Below, in pieces: positions 9,258-19,396 of a DNA stretch of 64,000 nucleotides. This stretch comes from an uncultured Pseudomonadota bacterium (GTDB lineage Bacteria; Pseudomonadota; Alphaproteobacteria; Rs-D84). Below the pieces are notes generated by a model, which was not told the origin of the DNA, did no database searches, and worked only from the letters and a program-made list of their open reading frames with translations. A program made the position numbers and the translations under genes. Location: positions 5,893-69,892 of the forward strand of contig CASETE010000011.1 in the NCBI GenBank assembly GCA_949290785.1, given 5' to 3'. Position 1 is the stretch's first letter, and each line of letters starts with the position of its first letter.

Positions 9258-10403
9258 TTAACTTCCTTTTGCAGACAATTGTTGATCTTTATGAATGTGC
9301 GCATTTTGGCATAGCCCGAAACCAAACATCAGCGATAAAAGACTGCTGCCACCAAAAGACATCAAAGGCAGTGGCACACCAACAGTTGGCATCAAACCCA
9401 AAACCATAGAGATATTTATAAAATAATAAATGAAAAAGTTCAACATAAAACCAAAACATACCAGTTGACCGAACCTATTCCTGCACGTTTTTGCGCACCA
9501 AAACAGAACGATTATTATGATTGTATATAACATAAGTAACGAAAAGGCGCCTACGAAACCAAATTCTTCACCAAGCATGGTAAATATAAAATCGGTTTGT
9601 TTTTCGGGTAAGAAAGATTGTTGCGATTGCGTTCCTGACATATATCCCTTGCCCAACATACCGCCGCTGCCAAAAGCAATTTTTGCTTGGTTTATTTGAT
9701 ATCCTGCACCTTGTGCATCGTGGTCTGGGTTTACGAAAGTTATAATTCTGTCGCGTTGATAGTCGTGCAAACCGCCGTACCAAACCAAAGGTGTAGCCAT
9801 TAACCCAAGTATAATGGCGATGATGAACCATTTTTTTTGCGCGCCAACTATATAAAACATGCCGACAGTAATCATACCAAGTGATAAAGCAGTGCCTAAA
9901 TCCGGTTGTAAAACGATTAATAAAAACGGCACCAACAACATAGTTGCCGGTACGGTATAATTTTTAATTTGTGATAATTCTACGGAATTCATCCAAGCAA
10001 AGTAACGCGCCAAAGCTAAAACAAGAGCAATTTTAATTAATTCTGATGGTTGAATATGAAAGAAACCTAGATTAAGCCAACGTTGTGCGCCCATACCAGT
10101 ATGCCCTACGAACGTTACAAGTACAATCATTATAAAGGCGATTATATAAATCCAGTATGCGGATTTTATCCATGTCTTTATATTAATAAAGGCTGCAAAA
10201 AAGAATACGCCGAACCCAAGTAAAATTTTAATAAGTTGCGACATCGCAAAGGGATACCAAGATCCCCCACCGGCTGAATATAAAACAACGATAGAAATAG
10301 CCAGAACTAAACACATAGGAATAAATAAAGCCCATGAAAAACGGCTAAGTTTTTCTGGAAATGTCATCATATTAGCATTAGAAACGCGCGTTTGGCGTGC
10401 CAT
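9258..10403 (-). CDS. mrdB: Peptidoglycan glycosyltransferase RodA (SEDS family)
   Basis: Multi-TM FtsW/RodA-family protein immediately downstream of PBP2 in the mre-mrd operon. Confidence 0.8.
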   Translation of the reverse strand: MARQTRVSNANMMTFPEKLSRFSWALFIPMCLVLAISIVVLYSAGGGSWYPFAMSQLIKILLGFGVFFFAAFINIKTWIKSAYWIYIIAFIMIVLVTFVGHTGMGAQRWLNLGFFHIQPSELIKIALVLALARYFAWMNSVELSQIKNYTVPATMLLVPFLLIVLQPDLGTALSLGMITVGMFYIVGAQKKWFIIAIILGLMATPLVWYGGLHDYQRDRIITFVNPDHDAQGAGYQINQAKIAFGSGGMLGKGYMSGTQSQQSFLPEKQTDFIFTMLGEEFGFVGAFSLLMLYTIIIIVLFWCAKTCRNRFGQLVCFGFMLNFFIYYFINISMVLGLMPTVGVPLPLMSFGGSSLLSLMFGFGLCQNAHIHKDQQLSAKGS

Positions 10404-12178
10404 TATTTATCCTTTTTTAAAAGTGCGCGCATTGTTGCCGCAACTGTTCGTGCCGCTGGACCGCTGCCACCAGAATGTTCTGTTATTGCACAAACAGCGT
10501 ACTTTGGTTTGCTTGTTGGTGCGTATCCGACAAATAAACCGTGATTGCGCATATTCCACTTTAATTGCTCGTTAGTCAAAACGCCGCTAAGACGTTCTGC
10601 GCGGGAAATGCTACGAACTTGTGACGTTCCGGTTTTGCCGCCCATTTTTGCACCGCTTACATTGATAGCGCTTCCCGCGGCTGTTCCACCGGTCTTGGTT
10701 ACTTGTTCCAAACCGTTTAATACAGATTTGATATTTTTGTAATTCAAACCAAGATTCGCAAATTGTGGCTTTTCTTCTGTTAAAATAAGGCGGGGCATAA
10801 CGACTTTATTTGATACCGTTCGTGCCATCATAACGGCTAACTGTAAACAGTTCGTTAAAGTAAAACCCTGACCTATTCCAGATATAATCGTGTCGCCGTG
10901 AACCCACCTGTAACCGATTTGTTTTTCTTTCCAATATCTGTCTGGTATAACGCCCGGCATTTCACGCGATAATATACCATCCATATATTTTTGCGTAAAC
11001 CCAAGTTTAATGGCCATTTGTTTAATAGAGTCAATACCTATTCTTAACGCGACTTGATAAAAATATATATCGCAAGAATGTTTTAATGCACCAGCCAAAT
11101 CAACCCATCCATGACCTTCTTCTTCCCAGCAATGATATCTTCTGTCGCCATAATCCCAATATCCTGGGCAGAATATTTTTTCATTTGGTGTTATCGCGCC
11201 GGATTCTAGTGCCGCCAATGCAACGACTATTTTGAATGTAGAGCCAGGTGGATACAATCCTTCTATACTTTTATTCATAAAAGGTTTCATATAATCTTCG
11301 CGCAGTGATGCGATATATTCTTCGCCGTCATCAGAACCAAATTTATTTGGGTCAAAGCTTGGGGCGGATACCATTGCCAATATATCACCGGTTTCTATAT
11401 CCAAAGCAACGCCACATCCAGAACGATATGATATCAAAGAATCATACATTGCCTTTTGTGCGTCGTCGTTTATAGTCGTTTTTAAATCGCTGCCGATTAT
11501 TGGTTGTTTAAATTGTGTTTTATCTTCACCGGTTATTCTGCCTACTGCGTTTGTAATCATAACGGTTTGTCCGGGCGTACCCGCTAACATATCGTTATAT
11601 CTTTTTTCAAGGCCGGTGATACCCGTCGTTAAAAAGGGTGCATTTGCTACTGGTTTTTCTGGTGCACCTACGTAGCCAAATATTTGTGCGCCCGCAGGCC
11701 CCATTTCATAAAGCCTTGAAAAACCGCTTCGTACGTGAAGCCCAGGTAAATTTTGCGCCTGTAATTTTGCCAGTTTATTCCAATCTGTGTTTTCGCTAAC
11801 AAGTACAGGTTGAAATTTTAATTGCTTTTTTATTTTTTTATAAATGTTATTAACGCGCTTATTATTCAGGTTTAATTCTTTTGCAACAATACTGATTAAT
11901 TCATCAAGATTTTCCGTTTCTTCTGGTATTATATAAATTCTGTATATAGATGTATCCCTGGAAATAGGCGTACCAGAATTAGATAATATTTTACCGCGTT
12001 CGGGCATATTTATTTGAATTCTGAAAGAGTTGTTTTCGCTTTTTTTTGTATATTCACGATAGTTGAAAAGTTGCATCTGTAACATACGTAAAACAAGTGC
12101 AGATGTTAAAACCGCGCCTGCGGTTAAGAACAAAGCGCTTCTTCTATCAAAAAGACGTGCAACTTCTTTATCTATCAT
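10403..12178 (-). CDS. mrdA: Penicillin-binding protein 2 (transpeptidase)
   Basis: N-terminal TM and PBP dimerisation region plus transpeptidase motifs (STFK, SGN/KTG); 591 aa; between mreD and rodA. Confidence 0.85.
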   Translation of the reverse strand: MIDKEVARLFDRRSALFLTAGAVLTSALVLRMLQMQLFNYREYTKKSENNSFRIQINMPERGKILSNSGTPISRDTSIYRIYIIPEETENLDELISIVAKELNLNNKRVNNIYKKIKKQLKFQPVLVSENTDWNKLAKLQAQNLPGLHVRSGFSRLYEMGPAGAQIFGYVGAPEKPVANAPFLTTGITGLEKRYNDMLAGTPGQTVMITNAVGRITGEDKTQFKQPIIGSDLKTTINDDAQKAMYDSLISYRSGCGVALDIETGDILAMVSAPSFDPNKFGSDDGEEYIASLREDYMKPFMNKSIEGLYPPGSTFKIVVALAALESGAITPNEKIFCPGYWDYGDRRYHCWEEEGHGWVDLAGALKHSCDIYFYQVALRIGIDSIKQMAIKLGFTQKYMDGILSREMPGVIPDRYWKEKQIGYRWVHGDTIISGIGQGFTLTNCLQLAVMMARTVSNKVVMPRLILTEEKPQFANLGLNYKNIKSVLNGLEQVTKTGGTAAGSAINVSGAKMGGKTGTSQVRSISRAERLSGVLTNEQLKWNMRNHGLFVGYAPTSKPKYAVCAITEHSGGSGPAARTVAATMRALLKKDK

Positions 12179-12626
12179 TGCACACCCTTTTTATTAAAGC
12201 AGTTACAGGTATGTAAAGCGTTGATACCCATGCAAACGTCCATCCAGCGCGTATCAGGTTTGATACATTAAAGTTCATAAAAGATAATATGAGCAGTGAT
12301 ATACCAAAAAATACCATAAATATTTTTAGCGCGTTATTATCTTGTTTTGATAAATCAATGATACTTTGAAATCCGATTATTGCATAAAACAGGCAATACA
12401 TAACAGTCCAAAACACTAACGAATCAAATCTGTAATCTATTAAAAAACAAAAAATAGCGGCAAATGGTGCGAACCAAGGTATAGGGCGTACAAACGAACA
12501 ATAAAATATGGGTATTATTGCCAGGATGCCTGCGGGATTCCAGAACGCAGCAGATAATCGCCATAACACTATTACGGCGATAAAAGGAAACGCGTCGCGC
12601 AGAAAATTTATTATTTTATTTTTCAT
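12168..12626 (-). CDS. mreD: Rod shape-determining protein MreD
   Basis: 152 aa polytopic membrane protein between mreC and mrdA. Confidence 0.6.
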   Translation of the reverse strand: MKNKIINFLRDAFPFIAVIVLWRLSAAFWNPAGILAIIPIFYCSFVRPIPWFAPFAAIFCFLIDYRFDSLVFWTVMYCLFYAIIGFQSIIDLSKQDNNALKIFMVFFGISLLILSFMNFNVSNLIRAGWTFAWVSTLYIPVTALIKRVCNDR

Positions 12627-13525
12627 TTATATTCGTCTTGTGTATCAAATTTTAATACAACCACACGTGATAATTGTTTTGGTGGTAATACACTTACATC
12701 TGTTTCGTTTTGCATTTCACCGACGGGTATTCCGTTTGGCAAGACGCCGCTTATATTACTTGTAACCAATTTAATGCCGCCAGAAGGTTGGAATTCGGGG
12801 TCGCTAAAAAATCCCATTGTTGGTGTGCTGGAACCGTTGCCTTGCATAAAACCATAAACTTCCGAGCCAACAACGCGAACCGGAATATTTGTGTTTGAAT
12901 CTGTCAAAGCGCGTACGCGTGAAAAATGCGGCGCAACATCAGTTATAATACCGACCAACACGCCATCAGTAGATGTTACAACCATACCTTTTTCTAAACC
13001 TTGCTTAATACCTTTGTTAATAAGGAAAGTACTATGATGAAAGGCGGAATCATCGTATATAACATCTGCAATCAAAGAATCACGTGGGTTAGATTCAATA
13101 ATATCTAGCTCGCGCGCAAGTTTTTGATTTTCTAATACGGCGATTTCACATGCGGTTTTGTTTTTAAGCGCCTCGTCCAATCTTACGCGCAGTTCTTCGT
13201 TTTCCGTTCGCAAAGTTGATAATTCTCTGATGTTATCAACCGCGTTACCAACGGCGCGAACCGGCCAAGTTATTATGTTACCGGTCCAATGTGCCACGGG
13301 CAGAATTATATGTGCCAAACCATTCATTATTTTATAATCGGGTTTAGCAATCATTATATATATAAATAGTACGGGCAAAATTGCTGCTGCAACGGCAGAT
13401 TTAATGATAGTATATAATCTTGAAGATAATTTATTTTGGCTCATATTAATGGGTAGTGTAAACTCTAAAAGAGCAACATTCAATAAAAACTTGATTTTTC
13501 TTTTTATTATGCCAGAATAACGCAT
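12623..13525 (-). CDS. mreC: Rod shape-determining protein MreC (true start may be the internal MSQNKL.. about 27 codons in)
   Basis: N-terminal TM, coiled-coil (RTENEELRVRLDEALKN), C-terminal beta domain; operon position. Confidence 0.75.
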   Translation of the reverse strand: MRYSGIIKRKIKFLLNVALLEFTLPINMSQNKLSSRLYTIIKSAVAAAILPVLFIYIMIAKPDYKIMNGLAHIILPVAHWTGNIITWPVRAVGNAVDNIRELSTLRTENEELRVRLDEALKNKTACEIAVLENQKLARELDIIESNPRDSLIADVIYDDSAFHHSTFLINKGIKQGLEKGMVVTSTDGVLVGIITDVAPHFSRVRALTDSNTNIPVRVVGSEVYGFMQGNGSSTPTMGFFSDPEFQPSGGIKLVTSNISGVLPNGIPVGEMQNETDVSVLPPKQLSRVVVLKFDTQDEYK

Positions 13526-13586
13526 GTGTTAAACAAAGCCGAAATGGCAATGGCATTGCCATAAGGTATTAAGAAAGAGGTAAAAA

Positions 13587-13790
13587 ATGCCAAAATTAAA
13601 AACAAAGTCGTACTTAAAAAAGCGCGCATCTATGACAGCGACCGGTAAAATTCGCGTTGCCAGAAATGCCCACAAGAAACTGTTACGTCATAAATCCAAG
13701 CGTGCAAATAACGCTGGGTCAAAGCCACAGTATCTGAATGAAAACATGGTCGGTCAGGCAAAAATCTTGGCCCCATATGGATTGAAATAA
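13587..13790 (+). CDS. rpmI: 50S ribosomal protein bL35
   Basis: MPKLKTKSYLKKRASMTATGKIRVARNAHKKLL..; 67 aa. Confidence 0.9.
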   Translation: MPKLKTKSYLKKRASMTATGKIRVARNAHKKLLRHKSKRANNAGSKPQYLNENMVGQAKILAPYGLK

Positions 13791-13803
13791 AAGGGGGTAG
13801 ATT

Positions 13804-14172
13804 ATGGCAAGAGTTAAACGCGGAACAACCGTAAAACAAAAACATAACAAGATTTTGGCCCGTGCCAAAGGGTATCTGGGTCGTCACAGTACAACGTATC
13901 GTGCTGCGCGTGAAAAAACCGAAAAGGCGGGACAATATGCATATCGCGATCGTCGCGTTAAAAAACGTGAATTTCGTGGTTTGTGGATTGTTCGTATAAA
14001 CGCTGCCGTGCGTAGCAATGGTATGACATACAGTCAGTTCATGAATGGTTTAAAGAAAGCAGGCGTTACATTAGACCGCAAGGTCTTGGCAGAAATGGCG
14101 TATGCCGGTGACGCTAATTTCACAAAACTGATTGATACTGCAAAACGATTTATCTCTGCCGATGCTAAATAA
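13804..14172 (+). CDS. rplT: 50S ribosomal protein bL20
   Basis: [24 protein letters not shown]..; 122 aa. Confidence 0.9.
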   Translation: MARVKRGTTVKQKHNKILARAKGYLGRHSTTYRAAREKTEKAGQYAYRDRRVKKREFRGLWIVRINAAVRSNGMTYSQFMNGLKKAGVTLDRKVLAEMAYAGDANFTKLIDTAKRFISADAK

Positions 14173-14185
14173 GCCTTGGCGGCAG

Positions 14186-14232
14186 GTGTTTTATTTTGTA
14201 TGATAAAGCCGTCTATTGACGGCTTTTTATGT
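14186..14232 (+). promoter_or_regulatory. Candidate pheST attenuator: mini-ORF GTG-TTT-TAT-TTT-GTA-TGA (fMFYFV) whose stop abuts an intrinsic terminator (AAAGCCGTC-TATTG-ACGGCTTT + T5) 15 nt before the pheS ATG
   Basis: Hairpin plus T run lies between rplT and pheS, the position of the E. coli pheM leader/attenuator. The ORF-track start at 14176 would place this terminator inside coding sequence, so the pheS start is taken as 14248 (SD AAGGTGG). Confidence 0.35.
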
Positions 14233-14247
14233 TTTAAGGTGGAATCC

Positions 14248-15195
14248 ATGCAAGAACAAATAAAAAACATTAAAACTTTGGAAGATTTACAGGCATTGTA
14301 CGTTGCTACCTTCGGTAAAAACGGGACGATGACGGCGCGATTGAAAGAAATGAAAAATTTGGATAACGACGCGCGCGCGGAACTTAATAAAGAGAATTCA
14401 ACTTTGCGCGAATTATTCAAAGTTCGTCAATCTGAACTGGAACAGCAGGCATTGATGGCAGGCCTACAAAAACAAAAGTTAGACGTATCGTTGAACCCTG
14501 AACCCGAAAATGTAGGAACGTTGCATCCGATAACTCATGCTTTGGCTGACATATCTTCAATACTTGAATCGTTCGGTTACGAATTATGGACCGGGCCAGA
14601 GGTAGAAGATGATTGGCATAACTTTACGGCTTTGAATACTCCTATGCATCACCCTGCTCGCGACATGCAAGATACCTTCTTTTTACCGAATGGAAACGTT
14701 ATGCGCACGCAGACATCTGCAATTCAGATTCGCAGCATGGAAAAGAAAGGGGCGCCGATAAAGATGTTTGGTATAGGTGCAACATATCGTAAAGAAATGG
14801 ACGCAACGCATGGTCCTATGTTTCATCAGATAGAAGGCTTGTATATTGATAAAGATGTGACGATGACTGATTTAATCGGTGATGTACAAGAATTTTTGAA
14901 AAGATTTTTTGAAATGGACAATGTTGAATTACGTATTCGTCCGTCTTACTTTCCTTTTACCGAACCAAGCATAGAAGTAGATATGAAATGGCGTGGTGAT
15001 AAATGGTTAGAACTAATGGGGGCCGGTATGGTACATCCTGATGTTTTACGTAACTGCGGCATAAATCCAGAAGAATATCAAGGGTTTGCGTTTGGTTTTG
15101 GCTGGGACAGACTTGCAATGTTAAAGTATGGACTAAACGATTTAAGAAAACTTTACGACGGTGATATTCGTTGGTTAAAAAACGCCGGATTTTAA
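14248..15195 (+). CDS. pheS: Phenylalanine--tRNA ligase alpha subunit
   Basis: Class II aaRS motifs (FRIRPSYFPFTEPSIEVD, GAGMVHP); start at MQEQIKN after SD. Confidence 0.9.
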   Translation: MQEQIKNIKTLEDLQALYVATFGKNGTMTARLKEMKNLDNDARAELNKENSTLRELFKVRQSELEQQALMAGLQKQKLDVSLNPEPENVGTLHPITHALADISSILESFGYELWTGPEVEDDWHNFTALNTPMHHPARDMQDTFFLPNGNVMRTQTSAIQIRSMEKKGAPIKMFGIGATYRKEMDATHGPMFHQIEGLYIDKDVTMTDLIGDVQEFLKRFFEMDNVELRIRPSYFPFTEPSIEVDMKWRGDKWLELMGAGMVHPDVLRNCGINPEEYQGFAFGFGWDRLAMLKYGLNDLRKLYDGDIRWLKNAGF

Positions 15196-15214
15196 ATTAA
15201 GAACGAGGCATAAG

Positions 15215-17518
15215 ATGAAATGGACTTATGATTGGCTAAAAGATTACTTAAAAACAGATGCTGATGCGTCTTTGATTGCGGACACACTGACGCGTACCGG
15301 GTTGGAGGTTGAAGATTTAATAGAACCTATTTCACCAGTTGCGGCTAAAATAATTGAATGCGTACCGCATGAAAATAGTGACCATTTACACGTATTAAAA
15401 GTTGATGATGGCAGCGGAAAACTGCGTCAGGTTGTATGCGGTGCACCAAACGCGCGCGTTGGATTGATATCTGCGCTGGCGAAACCCGGCTGCGTAATAG
15501 AAGGTCATGAAATACAAAGCGGTAAATTACGTGGTGTTCTGTCCGACGGCATGATGTGCAGCGGTCGCGAGTTAGGTATAAACGACGACCACAGCGGTAT
15601 TATTGAGTTGCCTGAAAATACAGTAATAGGTTCACAAATATTTCCCTCAGAAACTGTTTTTGATGCGGGGATTACGCCAAACCGACCCGATTATTTGGCA
15701 GTACGCGGAATCGCACGCGATTTAGCGGCATGTGGAATCGGTGAATATATTATACCAAAAGACGACGTTTTGGCGCCTGTAACGGGTCAAAGAAAAATAA
15801 AAATAGAAACAGATAAGTGTCCTGTATATCAGTTCTGTGAAATACACGATATAAAAATCGGGCCAAGTTCCAGCAAGATAAAATCTCGTCTTGCAGCAAT
15901 TGGTATAAATCCTAAAAATGCCCCGATAGATGCAACGAATTATATTTGTTATGATATGGCACAGCCTATGCATTGTTTTGATGCTGATGAAATAGTTGGT
16001 GACATAACTGTTCGCAGCGCTAAGACAGGCGAAAAATTTACAGATTTATTCGGTAACGAGCATGATTTATCTGATACAGACGTGGTTATCGCGGATGATA
16101 AAGGAATTCTTGCGTTGGCGGGTGTTGTTGGCGGTGCGCGTGGCATGACGACAGATAATACGAAAAATATTATTTTAGAAAGCGCATATTTTAATCCTGT
16201 ATCTGTTCGCAAGACTTCTAAGCGTATCGGCATATCAACAGATTCTTCATACAGATATGAGCGCGGTATAGACCCAACTATTACGGGCATTGCGTTGGCA
16301 AAAGCAGCAAAAATAATAATGGAAGCCTGTGGTGGAAAAATAGTTGGTACGGGAATTGGTGGGGAAATACCAAAAGAAACGCGTGCTATACGATACAGTC
16401 CGGATTTGTTCAAGAAAAAAATAGGCGTTGATATGGAAAGTTCTCGTCAGCGCGAGATTCTTGAAGGGCTTGGGTTTAAAATAACAGAAACAAAAACCGC
16501 GTGGACAATTGTGCCTAGGTCGGCGCGCGTTGATATTGTTTTACCTGAAAATATTATATCCGAATTAATCAGAATATATGGTTATGACAATATATCAAAG
16601 GTTGCAAAACACAAAATAGCAAGCGCCGTGCCACATAAAGATTCTTATATGTGGTTAAAAAAGGAATTGGCTGCGCGTGGTTTGAACGAGGTTAAGTCAT
16701 ATAGCTTCGGTAATTCAAAAATAGAAGAATTATTGTCAGATAAAACCATCATAAACATTGCGAATCCTATTATAAATACTATGGATACAGCAAGAAACGG
16801 TTTATTGGGCACGTTATTAAGTTTTGTATCGGAAAATGAAAAGCGCGGATTCCCAGATTTAAATATGTTTGAATTGGGAACGGTTTTTGACGGTGATATG
16901 CCGGGTCAGCAACATACACAGATATGTATCGTTCGTACGGGCAACACATCGCCTAAACATTGGCAACATAGAAATCGGGTTCGTGACATATATGATGTAA
17001 AGGCGGATTTAATTGCATTGATGCACGGACAGAATTTCACGGTCAGCACTGACAATGCACCGCTGTGGGCACATCCATTCAGATACGGTGCAATTATGCA
17101 AGGTAAGAAAAAGATATCAGAATTTGGCGAATTACATCCATCTGTTGCACGTAACTTGAAAATAAAAACACCTGTTATGATAGCGATTGTGGAAGATGTA
17201 GAAAATTTACCAAAAGCAAAGAAATCGAAAGAACCTGTAATAAGTGAATTTCAGCCTATTACGCGTGATTTTGCATTTATTGTAGATTCTGAATTTCCTG
17301 CGGAAAAACTAACAAGTGTTGCGGTATCAAGTGATAACAGAATACAGAATGTGATAGTATTTGATGCATTTGATATGGGTGACGGCAAGAAGTCAATAGC
17401 ATTTACAATAACAATAATACCGACAGAAAATATGTCAGATGAAGATTTGCTAAAACTTCAAGATAAAGTCATAGAAAATGTCGAAAAGAAATGTAATGCA
17501 AAGATAAGAGATAAATAA
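15215..17518 (+). CDS. pheT: Phenylalanine--tRNA ligase beta subunit
   Basis: 767 aa; tRNA-binding (EMAP-like) N-terminal domain, B3/B4 and FDX-ACB regions. Confidence 0.9.
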   Translation: MKWTYDWLKDYLKTDADASLIADTLTRTGLEVEDLIEPISPVAAKIIECVPHENSDHLHVLKVDDGSGKLRQVVCGAPNARVGLISALAKPGCVIEGHEIQSGKLRGVLSDGMMCSGRELGINDDHSGIIELPENTVIGSQIFPSETVFDAGITPNRPDYLAVRGIARDLAACGIGEYIIPKDDVLAPVTGQRKIKIETDKCPVYQFCEIHDIKIGPSSSKIKSRLAAIGINPKNAPIDATNYICYDMAQPMHCFDADEIVGDITVRSAKTGEKFTDLFGNEHDLSDTDVVIADDKGILALAGVVGGARGMTTDNTKNIILESAYFNPVSVRKTSKRIGISTDSSYRYERGIDPTITGIALAKAAKIIMEACGGKIVGTGIGGEIPKETRAIRYSPDLFKKKIGVDMESSRQREILEGLGFKITETKTAWTIVPRSARVDIVLPENIISELIRIYGYDNISKVAKHKIASAVPHKDSYMWLKKELAARGLNEVKSYSFGNSKIEELLSDKTIINIANPIINTMDTARNGLLGTLLSFVSENEKRGFPDLNMFELGTVFDGDMPGQQHTQICIVRTGNTSPKHWQHRNRVRDIYDVKADLIALMHGQNFTVSTDNAPLWAHPFRYGAIMQGKKKISEFGELHPSVARNLKIKTPVMIAIVEDVENLPKAKKSKEPVISEFQPITRDFAFIVDSEFPAEKLTSVAVSSDNRIQNVIVFDAFDMGDGKKSIAFTITIIPTENMSDEDLLKLQDKVIENVEKKCNAKIRDK

Positions 17519-17520
17519 AG

Positions 17521-17548
17521 AAAAAAGCCGGTAAATACCGGCTTTTTT
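17521..17548. terminator. Bidirectional intrinsic terminator (A6-GCCGGTA-AAT-ACCGGC-T6) between convergent pheT and the OMP gene
   Basis: Perfect hairpin flanked by an A run and a T run. Member of a recurring terminator family in this window. Confidence 0.6.
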
Positions 17549-17561
17549 ATTGTTTTATTTT

Positions 17562-18293
17562 TTAGAATTTATAACGAGCCCCGATCATAACTTCATGTGA
17601 AGATACGTCAATATCACCGTTTATATACAATAATTTACCCAAGTTTAGAATGTTTTCTGCTGCACTATCTGTTACGCTGCCATAATTTGTATACCGATAT
17701 GCGATATCAAATGCGAGATTTTCGTTTAAATTATAAGATACACCAGCACCAACATTCCAAGCCAAATTATCAGCTTTTGAGTCTATTTCTATGTCTAAAA
17801 CGCCACCAGGTATATTACCTGTTGCCAAAGAAGAAATTTCAACGTGTGCGTAACCAATACCAGCGTTAACAAACGGAACAAATTTTGTGCCGGTGTTAAT
17901 ATCATAATAGAAATTCAACATAGCATCATAAATAGAGGTTGTTGTTTCATAATTATGAGTATATAAATTGTCTATTTCGAAAGGAAAATCATTGTCGTCT
18001 GTAAAATCAGAGTTCCAACCAAATTCTGCTTCTGCACGTAATGTTCCGTATGGAATTGGTGTTTCTGCGCCAACAGCGGCACGACCGCCAAAATGAATAT
18101 CAGAGTGAGTTGTATCAGAGATGGTATTATTATGGTGTGTTTTTCCGCCAAAAGAATAATCAGACAAAACGTTTGTTTCATTGTTTGAATATATGCCGGC
18201 GATTCTTAATCCTGCATATGGTGTCAGTTCAAAAGCGTTTGCATTTGCACCCAATAAACAAATTGCGCTGGTTAAAAAGATAGTTTTTTTCAT
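17562..18293 (-). CDS. Outer-membrane beta-barrel protein (OmpA-like/porin-family, Opa-like surface antigen)
   Basis: Signal peptide MKKTIFLTSAICLLGANANA, alternating amphipathic beta strands, C-terminal aromatic ...GARYKF. Start taken at MKKT. Confidence 0.55.
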   Translation of the reverse strand: MKKTIFLTSAICLLGANANAFELTPYAGLRIAGIYSNNETNVLSDYSFGGKTHHNNTISDTTHSDIHFGGRAAVGAETPIPYGTLRAEAEFGWNSDFTDDNDFPFEIDNLYTHNYETTTSIYDAMLNFYYDINTGTKFVPFVNAGIGYAHVEISSLATGNIPGGVLDIEIDSKADNLAWNVGAGVSYNLNENLAFDIAYRYTNYGSVTDSAAENILNLGKLLYINGDIDVSSHEVMIGARYKF

Positions 18294-18440
18294 TTGAAAT
18301 CCTTTCTTTCTGTTTTTATACCAACGGTGGAATATTTTTGTGAATTTAAACAAAAAATTTCCTTTGTTGGATTACTATGAATATATACCAAAAAAAGCAA
18401 AAAATCAAGAATGCATAAAATAGAGAAAAATAATGTTTTG

Positions 18441-19097
18441 TTAAATGATTTTATCGTTAGCGTTACACCAACGTGCCACAGGGCATTCGCCACATTTTGG
18501 TTTTAAGGCTTTACAAGTATACCGGCCATGCAAAACCATTACGTGGTTAACCATAGAATGAAATTTTTTCGGAATTTTTTTTATAAGCTTTTCTTCTACT
18601 TTTTCTGGCGTGTTATCAGAATCGTCTGCCCAACCAAATCTGTGGGATAATCTGAATACATGTGTATCAACCCCAATATTTGGTGCGTTCCACAAGACAT
18701 TCATTATAACATTTGCGGTTTTTTGTCCGATACCCGGCAATTTCATTAAAGCATCCCTATTATGAAATATTTTTGGGAATTTATAATTTTCATCGGCATT
18801 ATTGTCTTCATCCATTAATCTGGTAGATAATCCGATAATGCTTTTTGCTTTATTATTAAAGAAAGAAATTACGCGAATATATTTTTTTATACCGTCTTCG
18901 CCAAGCGCTATCATTTTTGCGGGGCTGGGGGCAATACGAAAAAGTTCTGGTGTTACTTCGTTTACTTTTTTATCTGTAGCCTGCGCCGACAGAATGACAG
19001 CAACCGCAAAAGTAAATTCGTTCGTGCTATATAATTCGGAACGAATGTTCATATCTATGGTTTTAGGTACTTCGCGAAAATAAATGTCAGGTTTCAT
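18441..19097 (-). CDS. nth: Endonuclease III (DNA glycosylase/AP lyase)
   Basis: HhH-GPD motif LPGIGQKTANV and C-terminal 4Fe-4S ligands C-x6-C-x2-C-x5-C (CKALKPKCGECPVARWC). Confidence 0.85.
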   Translation of the reverse strand: MKPDIYFREVPKTIDMNIRSELYSTNEFTFAVAVILSAQATDKKVNEVTPELFRIAPSPAKMIALGEDGIKKYIRVISFFNNKAKSIIGLSTRLMDEDNNADENYKFPKIFHNRDALMKLPGIGQKTANVIMNVLWNAPNIGVDTHVFRLSHRFGWADDSDNTPEKVEEKLIKKIPKKFHSMVNHVMVLHGRYTCKALKPKCGECPVARWCNANDKII

Positions 19098-19110
19098 TTT
19101 ATAAAGAATA

Positions 19111-19377
19111 TCATGATAAAAGTTCTGTACACGCTTGTTGACACTCGTCAGAGTATTCTTTCAGGTACTTTTCCATTTCTTTTGTTGTTTTATACTTTCC
19201 TGTTATCGTAAGTGCAGTAAAGGGGTTGAACCGACTTTTTGAATCACAGCATACACATTCGCGGGTATGCAGTATGGTTAAATCGCCTTTTGTATTTTTG
19301 TTACCGATATAAAATCCGGCACCAAACAAAGCAAGAACAAGTAATGCACCAGCAATCCAATATAGCATTTTATGCAT
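19111..19377 (-). CDS. Small single-TM protein with ECVCCDS cysteine motif; tandem paralog A; unknown function
   Basis: 88 aa; N-terminal TM helix; about 75% identical to the adjacent ORF, with a near-identical ~60 nt DNA stretch. Confidence 0.45.
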   Translation of the reverse strand: MHKMLYWIAGALLVLALFGAGFYIGNKNTKGDLTILHTRECVCCDSKSRFNPFTALTITGKYKTTKEMEKYLKEYSDECQQACTELLS

Positions 19378-19396
19378 GTTGTATCCTTATTATATT

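Noticed and set aside
14176-14247. Extended pheS start at 14176 (MAAGVLFCMIKPSIDGFLCFKVES...)
   Set aside because: It would translate through a strong terminator hairpin. The MQEQIKN start at 14248 has an SD (AAGGTGG) and matches PheS N-termini.
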